The notes under the pieces: generated by a model
Seen by the model: the letters and a program-made list of their open reading frames with translations, nothing else
What the model was told of the DNA's origin: nothing
Databases searched by the model: none
Shown: positions 24,888 to 36,103 of the stretch, one piece after another
Numbering within the stretch: position 1 is the stretch's first letter
How the letters are laid out: the number at the start of each line of letters is the position of its first letter
Source of the DNA: Psilocybe cubensis
Lineage: Eukaryota
Length of the DNA: 64,000 bases
Assembly (NCBI GenBank): GCA_017499595.2
Contig: CM038999.1
Coordinates: 4,092,001 to 4,156,000 of the forward strand
Reading direction: 5' to 3'
Translations under genes and position numbers: made by a program

Positions 24888-25723
24888 TTACAACATGAAA
24901 ACAAAAACAGCGCAAAAGAACGCTACGCTCGAGATGGTAAACCCTTTCGACGCTCCGCTGAGTGCAGTGTCTCCGCCCAGAGTAGGGATGCTGAAGGCCG
25001 AGGAGATCGTGAGGTTTCCGCTGTTGGGTGAAGGGAAGGTCGGAGGGCTGATGGAGGGGAGGCTGAAGGGAGGTGTGGTGAGAGGTGTTGGCGTCGTTAG
25101 CGTGTCTTGCGGAGTAGTCTGAATAGTTGTTCTGGTATTGAATGTTTCTGTGAACTCCGTCGTCTTTTCCGTTGTCAGTGTCTTCCGCGTCGTCGTTGGG
25201 ACTGGTATATCTGTGCAAAGAGCGGTTTTTAGAGGGTGCAGTGTGCGTTTTGAGCGGTGGACGCGCTTACTGTATGTGGTTGTCCGGGTATGAGTCGATG
25301 TATAATAAATGGTCGTTGAGTGGGGGTCACCCACAGGCCCCGAACAGAGCTCGCCGAGTGGGCAGCACCCAATTTTGTTGTTGGAAGCGATGACACAGTA
25401 CGTATCAGGCTGGCAGCAACTGCCGTCTGTTTTATGTGCATGTTGATTAGTATATTAATGGGCTATTTTATGGAACCTTTGAACTGACCGCGACAGCAGT
25501 GCCAGTTTGTGTTTGGGCAGCAGTGAGTCTGCGTCTCGCACGCGTAGCTTGGTGCAGGGCAGTAATAGTACACTTGTCTGGCCTTGAGATCGAAGAGTCC
25601 ACGTATCAAAGCGGGTCGCTCTCCAGCAAACGTGTTCAGAGAGGGCAATAGTTCAGTGGCCACCACAATTAGAGTCGCGTGGTAAAGAAAGAAGGTGAAC
25701 TTTGCGAGCGATAGTAGAGACAT
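24888..25723 (-). CDS. Cys-rich (CCP/CC repeat) secreted GPI-anchored protein, paralogue 1
   Basis: Signal peptide, LIRGLFDLKARQ, CP....C....CCP..W.CC / GSCCQP..CV.ASN...GCCPLGELCSGPV, Thr-rich stalk, hydrophobic tail. Confidence 0.85.
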
Positions 25724-27112
25724 CGTCAGTCAGTCGTCTAAGCTAGCGGTCCAGGAGTTGGTCGTGTGCCAGAAAAAGGAATGTAGAAGGTGAAAAGACG
25801 GTAGCGGTGCAGTTCGCCAGTACTTATAGCCTGTAGCTCCTACTCGGACGCTCAGTCTTCAGGGCCATAAGGTAAAGTTAATCATCTCGCACAGTGGTTC
25901 TGAGCGCTCAACGCTAATTATATGTCTTGGCGAAATTTCGGTATGTTGAATGATAAGTATCATATAAAAGTATTGAAAATTCGCATCTTGCCGATCATCA
26001 TGCCTTAGCTTCATGACACCTGCCAAGTGCCTCCTGTACAGTTTCCATGTTCGCGTCCTTCAATGTGGAGCTTGGGTCACAGCATAACCTTTGGGAGAGG
26101 AAACAGCACGATCTGCGGAACATCGTGAACGAGAACGGGAGAGTGGGATTAAGGAATGCTTGACGGTCGTCAAGCTTGAGGGACATCGTGGATAACCCTG
26201 ACACTTGAACATTAAACACTGACTGAAAGGTTAAGTAAAATTAAATCTTCAATTCAATACACTTATAATTAGTTCTCCATTAGCCCGGCTTCCGGTGCCG
26301 GAGACGTTCCTCTTGATTGATTCGCTCCCGCGATGAAGTTTCAATGAGGCGTCATTGACATTGAAATTTGACAGTTTCAACTCGTGTTAGACACGACATA
26401 CAGTGGTTGTGGTACTTGTGATATAAGTCAGGTAATATATGTCACTCTCCGAGATCATAGGAATCGTGCTGGGGAGGCGAAGGGACGCTTTCCAAATACC
26501 TAATACTTTGCCGTGCCCAGTGAGGATGCAGACACATGACGGTGTAAACTATTTACAGAGGCCTTTACGGATTCAGAATAGTTTACAACACACAGTGGCT
26601 CATCATCATTAACTAATGCCTGTCAACTTGGTGACCACAGGTAGCGATCTTGCCAAGACCTGGTTATTTTTGCAGACAACAAAAGAAGATCAGAGGTCAG
26701 AATTCTTCAGCACTGCCTAGCCACAGCATTATATTAGTGTCCCTCTCCCTCACATGTTCTTAGCATATGAATGTCATGCTCTGAATGAATACGGATGGAT
26801 ATCTGCATCACAGGATGTACGACATTTTATGCGATTCAGGGAAGCCATATCATACAACTGCACGATGTTTTAAGGGAAACTTAAGTCTTACCGGGATAAC
26901 GTAGTCGGTTATCAGTTCACGCTCTAAATTAAACGAAGTCAGATTTTCCGGATCAATCCGGATGATTTTCTAGCGGAGCTCAAATCACGCATTTTTATTT
27001 CGGACTTAGTTGAATTTGACGTATTTAAACATTCTGAGAGTCTTTGTTTTCGAAGTAAGTGGAAGACACTAAATCATACAGTGGTAGCATAAGTAGACTG
27101 GTAAATGTAAGA

Positions 27113-27874
27113 TTATATCCTGTTCAATACAATCCAGAGGAAAATTGATGGGAAAAGTATGTATGGCAATGTAAGGAGGTGTCTATGTCCAGTATTTCCG
27201 GTCATAACTGGCTGGGGTGGGATTACTGGCATCGTGGAAGTTTCAGAATTAGCTGCACTGGAAGAACCTAATGTAGTAGTAGGAAATATGGATGTATTGT
27301 TGTAAGAAATAAATCGCTGAATGTAGCTGATATATCTTCTTACTAGTTTGTGATGGGAATATGAAGGTCGATACGTCTACCAAATAATTAGTCAAAATTA
27401 GGAATGAATTATGCCATATCATATTAAATTTACCGAAACTAGTTGTGAAAGTTGCTTTAGGGATGGAGAATAGATTGGTTGTACGAGGAGGAGGCACGGG
27501 CCCATCGCAAAGCTCCCCAAAGGGACAACACCCAGTATTTCCATTGGAAGCAATGATACAGAATGTGTCAGGCTCACAGCAACTTCCGTCTAGGATGTAC
27601 TATTGTGAGCAGTGGGCAGATATAATACTACTGAATGCTTACCGCCGCAACATTCCCAATCAATGTTAGGACAGCATGTAGATCCATCGAATGCACAGGT
27701 AACGGTGGGTGAAGGGCAAAAGAATTCGTTCTGTCGTCTTGCGATATCAAAGAGACCTCGAATCAACGTTTGCTTCTTTTCACTGTTTAGCCTAACCGAT
27801 GGAATCCAAGGAGTGGAGGCCAACGCGAATAAAGAAAGTTGAAGATAGAAGATGATTGTGAATATCGCAACCAT
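27113..27874 (-). CDS. Cys-rich secreted protein, paralogue 2 (possible frameshift before the GPI tail)
   Basis: LIRGLFDIARRQ..CPSPTVTC..CCPNIDWECC / GSCCEPDTFCIIASNGNTGCCPLGELCDGPV. The spliced frame stops at 27249, while the S/T stalk and hydrophobic tail lie in another frame ending at 27113. Confidence 0.75.
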
Positions 27875-28554
27875 TGTGTATATGCAAGTACTGCAAAGAC
27901 TTGTAGAGATTCGATTGTCCTTTATGCAAGCTGTTATATACTATCTCATATCTTTGGCGAAGATCACCGCCCAAACAGATTAATTCCAGTACTTGTAAAG
28001 GGGCTGTATGTCGTTTTGCGGTCTATAGCCGCATCTAAAAATAAATAGTAGTTTATGAGTGATCACAGTTGAAAATCCCGACAAGCACATATGGCCACAT
28101 GACAAGCAAACGATAGGCACTAGCGGATACTCTCTCATATAACTGATTGTTTCCCATGGTCAAGTAAAGATGGGCGTCTGCAGTATGGACCATGTCTGCT
28201 GTGCAATTCAAATCCAATTATGGAACTCCGTGTCGCCCATGCCATGGCGCTAAAGATGGAGTTATGACTGAAATAACTCTCCGTAGATGAAGGAAACCGG
28301 CTGTATAACTTGAACAGTAGGTGGCCAGACCCTCTGTGAGCACATAAGAGCAACTGATGATTGATTGAAAATTGTCCGCTGGAGATTGAATTATATATTG
28401 AAAAACGCAAAAAAGAGGAGATCTCGACAACAAGAACATCAGTAATATTTTTCATATGAAGAATATGCAGGCGCTTCCCAACTATCCCAAATTCTTTACA
28501 AACGCAGAGCAGTTATGACTAAACATGTGGTCCCAATACACGGATTTGGTCTTC

Positions 28555-29427
28555 TCAGATCATTCTTGCTACTAGAATTGTCAAAACGTAAATAACGCAT
28601 GCGATATTTGCCTTCTCAATGTAAGATGTGCCCAAATCCGCACTCTTGACGGTGGAAGATTGGCTTGGGACGATTGAAGGAGTACCATCAATGGATGTAG
28701 ATGTAGATCCAGGACTGGTAGAGCTCCCAAATATCACTGAAGATATAGTGCTTTCGGAATCGGAACGTGTGAAACCCCCTTGTGAAGAACTGGAGCTCAG
28801 AGGGAGAGAAGTCTCAGAGGACTTATTTTTGCTTGTGAATGTGGTTTGACTTGTAGTCTCTGAGTTCCGAGTGGTCGTTGATTTGATCGTGGTAGTCGGT
28901 CTTGGTACATCTGTTAGGAATTAATACACAGGTATGAATTACACATTTATGATTTCTTCAAGTAGTAGAAGCTCACTGATAGTTGTGGTGTGAGTGTGTG
29001 TCGATGTGGTGAAGAATGTAGTTGACGATGGGGGACCGACAGGCCCGGAACAGAGTTCACCAACTGGGCAGCACCCAGGATTTCCGTTTGAAGCTAACAC
29101 ACAAACGGTACCCGGCTGACAGCAGCTTCCGCCTGTTCTTGACGTTCTTTTATCAATATCGGAATGTATGAATATAGTTGTTTGGGCAACATTACCTTTA
29201 CAGCATTGCCAGTCAACATTTGGGCAGCACGTCGAGGAGTCTGGAGCACAAGGAAAACTTGGTGCTGGGCAGAAAAATCGTTGCCTCTTGCGCATGTCCA
29301 AAAGTCCACGAATGACTGCGGGTTGTGCCTCAGCAATGAATTTCACCGATGGTAAGACAGGCGAGTCAGCAACTATGAAGGATTTAGACGGGAAAAAGAA
29401 CAGAACGCCGATAAAAAGCGTGAGCAT
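28555..29427 (-). CDS. Cys-rich secreted GPI-anchored protein, paralogue 3
   Basis: VIRGLLDMRKRQRFFCPAPSFPC..CCPNVDWQCC / GSCCQPGTVCVLASNGNPGCCPVGELCSGPV, S/T stalk, tail IACVIYVLTILVARMI*. Confidence 0.85.
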
Positions 29428-30834
29428 GCTGCTGGTATGAAGCTTGAGAGGTGCAGAAACACTGACTTTTTCACATGTTCTCCCCAGGAGCAGTATATAT
29501 ACGCAGTCTAGAATCAGCGCCGGCGTTTGTGCATGCGCCATATTTGCAAGTTTGTGTCTGCTGTGACAATTATCATTCACGCCGCTTACACATCATGACA
29601 GCTGCCATATATGATATTCCAGCAGTTCAGGACCTCAGGTCGTTTGGAAACAGGGTGGGAACAACAATCTAATTATTTGGTCTTTGTACGCGTCAAATAT
29701 TTTCAATCCCCACAGTCATGTTGGCACTGAGCCACTGAAGCATAGGACAGAAATGCGTCAGGGGAGACTGGGCAATCGTAAGCGATATGAGACTTTAATT
29801 GGGCATATACTATTATGCCGAAGGCTATTGAGGGAAGCAGTGTCAGAGGTGATTTGGATGGTTTTCATATTGATAGAACAACAAACCTTTCCGAGGTATG
29901 TGGTACTGGTATTCTGGTAAGATACGTTCATTGGTTTGCCATACTTCTGCGCCGTGTATTATTAGCAGAGTGTTTATCCTTGCATGTGATATAGAGCCAT
30001 ACTCGGGTGGGAGCTGTTGAGAAAGCATGATGATTATTGTTGGCTGCTACGTAGGGTGGGAGCTGTTGAGAAGTCCAATTGGTCGCATGATGTGTTCATG
30101 ACAGTTTCAAATGCACATCGTTTTCTCACGAGTGTATTTACATTAGCGCCACTTAGCGCCATGCCTAAATTTAAATCTTTGTAACAACTTCAATAAACTG
30201 CAGAAGTCCACAATCTCCGCTCCATTGCATTCAATGGTTTGGTTTCAGCCGAGCTTGAATGTCCTCGTCTACAGGTTCGGAGACACCATCGCTGGAAGAC
30301 TCGGTGGAAGTGCAGATATCAATAACAACATCTGTCAAGGACTCTCTTGACACCTCCGTGGAATGTCCTTCGAGTTCGCTGAGATCGTGACCCAGAGGGA
30401 CAGTGATGATACCTGATGATGGTGCGATTTCCTTACGCATTTTATCGCGTCGGTTGAGTGAAGCGAGAAGACCGCTGGCGTAGACTATATGGCGGAAGAT
30501 ATATGGGAAGGAAAATGGTTCAGGTCAGTGCTTGTTAAAGATGGTATGATGTGAGCCACTAACTGTTGCTAAGCACGAATAGTGCTCCCACAAAAGCTGA
30601 CGTGTCGGTTGAGTTCCGCTTCTGAGGACGTGGGTGATTCAGTTAGAGCAGACTTAGACACAGACTTGTCGGATATGCTACGCACCAGTACCAGCCCTGC
30701 AGCAGCTACAAGAGTCGTGAAAAGACCCGTGGTGAATGTATACGCAATCAAAGTCCGAATGACCGACATCGTCCTAGTAGATATCAGCCCTCCGTCTAGA
30801 CGTTTACGACATCAAGACGGTAGTGGTGCACCTG

Positions 30835-33119
30835 TAGTCGCGCCCTGAAGTCTTCGTACCCTGGCAGTTGCCAGGTGTATGGGAAGTATCTACGCTGGCA
30901 ACTGCCAGGTGCCACATTTGAAGTCTTCAGCTGGGCGATGGTCAATACAGCCAAACAAATCCCAAACACGGTGAGCGGGGCCCCGCCGGGCGCGAAAAAT
31001 GGCGTAGCTCGTTGTTCGGGCGGCCGTTTGGGGCGGAAAAAAATGCGTCGGGGTCGGTTCGATGAGCAGACCACGTCGGCATTGTTTGCGCGACGTTATG
31101 GACAGCGGGCGGGGTGGATGGGGCGGGGCGACGTTGGATGACGCCCGCATTATTTCTGGGTGATTTCCCGATTCGGGTTGCAGATCATTGATGTATTGAT
31201 GTAATCAAATTGATCATCACCATCAATCCCATCACGCCGCGGCCATCGATTCAGCCAGTGCATGCACCGTGCGCGCGCGCGTTGAAAACGCGCACTGCTC
31301 GTTGTCCCTTAGGTCTTTCGCGCAGAGACTTTACTATGAGACTTATAATATTGATAATAGAGTGATGTCCTGCGACGCCGTATGTTTACCAAATCAAACC
31401 AATGTGATATCTAAAGGATTACAATGCATTATGCAACACAGCACCACCAGTATCTTTATATGTTTCGAGATAGTTGATGGACACGGCACATATTTTGAGT
31501 GACTATGGATTAGAAAACATAGTAATAAGATGATCAATGCATGAGTAATTTGGTAATACTTGTCAAACACAGTTCATGTGATGGCTTTTGATGAATGTTG
31601 CTACTGTTATATCCACTGGCACTTGTTGTGCCCTTCCTGTGCCACTCTGGATGCTATATGTGTTTGTATGTTGTTAAGAAAGTTTGACAATTATTGCTAT
31701 ATATGTAGATTCTTATGCACGACTGTAAAGCATCGGAAAGCTTGCTCGAGAACACTTTATTATCTCAATGTCTAAAAATAGCCACATTTCCGGACGCTCT
31801 TTCCACGTCAATTCCAAAAGTAAATATTCAATTGGGAAATATCCTCATGTTGAAGTTGCAAAAAAAATTATTGCTAAAATAATGTAAAATCATTCTATAT
31901 CTAAAAATGCCATGAAAAAAAAAATAGATGCCCCAAAAGGTGTGCTTCAAGCTCGGAAGGTCGACCTCAGAAACTACTAAATCCATAAATTCATCCAACA
32001 AGATCACCTTGTAGGAAATTACAACACACGGTATAAAGTGTATATATTTCAATTCATTTTTAAACCAGCTACATGTTGGTATCTTTTTTTTGATGTAATC
32101 TTTAGAATTGCTTTCAGAATTGCAAAATTACATAGAAAATTTTGAATCCGAGATCACCAAATTAGATTCCGGCACTGTATATGTGCTAAATATTGAGTGA
32201 GACAGCAAATATAACACTGTTTTTGTCTATACTTCCAAGATGAATGCTCTGTAGAATAGGTTGGTTACTCATATGCCCTTTTATTTGATCTCGAGTTCAT
32301 CAGAATGTGAAAGTAATCAGTGACCCCTTCTTTTTGCATCATTGATACTGTCAAAGTAGCAGCAATCCCATTTTACATTATATATTCTTACTATATATTG
32401 CTATATATGATCACATAAACAAGATACAGGCCTCTAGTGACATTAGTAGCCTATAGGTTGAGCTAAATAAGTTGTCTACTCTGTGCTTCTGCCAATCAAG
32501 GTATCATACCACTGTTTGCCCGAGCCTACTCAAGGTAATTACCACAGCAGACTGACTGAACTCTACAAATGTGGGTCAATATTACCACTCACCACTGTCG
32601 CATGCCTGTATAGGTAACCTCTATGCTTTATCTGCGCTGCAAGAGCGCCGGGATAACGAGCAGTGCGCGTTTTCAACGCGCGCGCGCGCGCACGGTGTAT
32701 GCGCTGGCTGAATCGATGGTCGCGGCGTGATGGGATTGATGGTGATGATCAATTTGATTACATCAATACATCAATGATCTGCAACCCGAATCGGGAAATC
32801 ACCCAGAAATAATGCGGGCGTCATCCAACGTCGCCCCGCCCCATCCACCCCGCCCGCTGTCCATAACGTCGCGCAAACAATGCCGACGTGGTCTGCTCAT
32901 CGAACCGACCCCGACGCATTTTTTTCCGCCCCAAACGGCCGCCCGAACAACGAGCTACGCCATTTTTCGCGCCCGGCGGGGCCCCGCTCACCGTGTTTGG
33001 GATTTGTTTGGTTGTATTGACCATCGCCCAGCTGAAGACTTCAAATGTGGCACCTGGCAGTTGCCAGCGTAGATACTTCCCATACACCTGGCAACTGCCA
33101 GATATGAAGGCTTCAACTA
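30835..33119. mobile_element. Non-autonomous element with ~460-bp near-identical GC-rich TIRs and an AT-rich core, inside an intron
   Basis: 30861..31308 is the reverse complement of 32651..33101 (mirror ORFs 30890..31150 and 32812..33072 are identical). Degenerate extension to TAGT...ACTA. No TSD found. It lies in the predicted intron 30774..33151. Confidence 0.85.
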
Positions 33120-33908
33120 GCAGCTAAGGCTGAGTGGTGAGCGCTACATACCGGCGTATACCTGTCTGGCTGCTCCAGAGCAAGAAGCATTGGACTGCGG
33201 CGATAATTGAGTCTGCTATACATATTGAAGACAACAAAATATATATCTGTGTCTGCCAATACCCAATGTAAAATCTTGTTAAAATATAGATATGTTGAAT
33301 CATCGAGAATTTGTACCGTCATTTCAATATCTTTGAGTCCTATTTGTCCAGCGCTGGAAAGATGAGAATATTATTAGCATACAGGACGACTCTTGGGGAG
33401 CAATTATGTGCGTACACGACCGAGTCAATATCTATCATTGATTAATTACAGCGGCAACTTGGTCAAGTGATTAAACTCACAGATTCCAATTCCTAATGCA
33501 CAGGTAGTGAGAAATGCCTGTCAATAATGACGTGAATGGGATGGGCAGACAAGAATGTAGTGAGCGCATGTACCATCGAAATTGTCAGAATCAGGTTCTT
33601 CTGGCTGACTTGATTGTGTTGGTAGAGGCGCCGTTAGATGAAGATTGATGGAGATATAAGGTAAGTTAGGGTTTCACGTACGTCTCCAGATTCTGTAGCA
33701 GTAAAGTCTGGTTCTCATTGTTGACTAATGTGTTTAAGAAAAAAGGGAGAGGACGTACACTCTGACAATGAAATCACTAATTGGCTGAGTGGAACCGAGA
33801 TGAGCGACGAGCACGACATGGACGTTTGCGTCGCATACTTACCAGTGTGTAGAACGAGCACTGACACGAGGTGTAGAGATATTAAATATGAATTTACGTG
33901 TGGGGATC

Positions 33909-36103
33909 GGGCATACAGAAATCAGCGTGGCTGCTCGAGTGCGTGCGTTTTTGCGTGTGCCTGCGTGACACGCATTTTTGCGCAACAACTGTGTTCTGCA
34001 CGCATATTGATGTGTTGTGCACGCAATGTCACAGCTGTGTCACACATAGGATTGTAATGTACAGTGCTCGTTAGTGTTCATTTATAATTATTTGGTGTGT
34101 AATAATGTATTTTTAGTACATATGCCCTTGTACTACCAATTTCATGTGCGGCCACCACCACAGATATCAAGCAGTTAGGATATAAATTGTTACATGGTCC
34201 GTGCTGTATTTGAATTCATTAATATATATGCCTTTAAAAGTCTATAATACATGGTCAGATTAGCTGTTTGAGGCTCGGAACCAGCAGAACTTCAATGAAC
34301 CAATTTGTTGTTACAGGGGCCATACAGACAATGAACTCGAGGGATGGCTTGGTATGCCGTGTCGTCGGCGTGTGCCTCACAACAATCTCCGACTCCGCAA
34401 CCAAGTCTCGGCAAAGAAATCGGCAACGGTTTATGATCGGTAATATCCGATCAAACGGTGAACTTGGAGAAAAACGACAATTTTGTCTTTTCGACATGCA
34501 ATTTATGGTTGTTGAACGGCCACCAGCGTGACACAACAGCACGCTAGGTGCACTCAATCGCACGCATTTGCCACGCAAGCAGCACGCGACCCACTTTCCC
34601 ACGTGAACGCGATGGCACGCGATGGCACGCAATAGCACGCGACCCAATTAAGTGCGTGCAATTGACACGCAAACAGTTGTAATATGCACGCGATGAACCC
34701 GCAAGCAGTTTAATCTTGCACGCTAGTAGGAAATAATGCGTTTTAGAGTATTTTACTGCAAGAATATGTCTAATTTGTGTTGGCTTGACTCTTCCCTTGA
34801 AATACTGTTTATCTGCATGATGCACAATCCGGACGAGGTCTCCAGTGTATTCAATAATGTTCATCCATCCTCGTCACTCAACAAATTCTATATTATTATC
34901 AAGTCTAGACTTGAAATAGACGACAGTGTGGACGAAGCTTCAGTTACTGCAACTCTTGTCTTGCATCAAAATGTGTTTCATCAAACATTAAAGGACGCTG
35001 GAGCAATTACTGGACTCACATCACCGGAGTCTGTCATGATGAGTGCTTGTTTCACATTATACTGTTTTTTAAACACTCTGATGTATGAATGACTGTAGTG
35101 CTCGCTTTATCATATTGTTCAAAATGTGCGCAACCTTGAGGACTTCCTTCCAGCAGTGTCATACTTCAGCACCTGGTATGTTAACTTACAATTCTGTACT
35201 GGTTGCAATCATACTGGAGGAAGAGCCCTGCAAATTATCCAACCACGTCGCATTATACACTTGCAAGCCACTGGTCATCGTCACAGAGCTCCTCAGGGGA
35301 GCATTCACTTACTCTACCAGAATCATATTAGCATCAAGATGGCCTCTGTTGAGGCGTCAACTTGTCGGCGAGTCAAACAAGGCAATCTTTTATGTACAGG
35401 TACACATGAATTGTAACAATCTGATTGGTTAAATTCCTTTGATTCTTATAATTGAAGCTGGTGACAACTCCAACTCCCAAGGTTTGGAACTTCAATCTTG
35501 AAACTTTCCAGCTGCTTTATATCAGGATACGAAAGTCCTTGGAAAGAACAACGGAGTTGTTTATGGTTTAATTCGGGAAACCACCAAGATGACTGGAAAC
35601 CTTATTTATGCAGGGATTGGTTCATTGGTGACCGAGAGGTCAATGAATATGAGATGCTGGTATGTGTTCATTACAATCTCTTGATAGTATGCTCATAATT
35701 TGATATCTTTGTATGAATCTTGGTCCAAACTACATCGATCAACCCAAAAAGAAGGGAGAAGCTCAACCCAAGAGACCTCGTCCTAAGTCTTGGCCTATTC
35801 CAAAGAGAAGGAAGTGGGATGACCATTAATTATTCAGTACAACTGGATGCGTAGCATACTACATTCCTTGCAGAACATAGCTTAACATACGCTGCTCTTC
35901 ATGTGAATCTCATACAGAATTTTGCACGCAAATCGCACGCTACCTCAACAAAGCTGCACGCGTTTACATATCATGCACACGCAACATGTAGCATTTCGCA
36001 CGCAAAGTCATGTGAAAGACACGCAAATTTACTGATTTGCATTTATGCGTGGCACGCAAAAATAGGTCGCACGCGGGCTAACCACGCTGATTTCCTGGTG
36101 CCC
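33909..36103. mobile_element. GGGCA-ended non-autonomous element with 9-bp TSD GTGGGGATC (MULE-like), intronic, with decayed cargo
   Basis: Left end gggcatacagaaatcagcgtgg; right end reverse complement gggcaccaggaaatcagcgtgg. gtggggatc at 33900-33908 and 36104-36112. cacgc-rich blocks at both ends and at 34530-34730. Confidence 0.9.
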
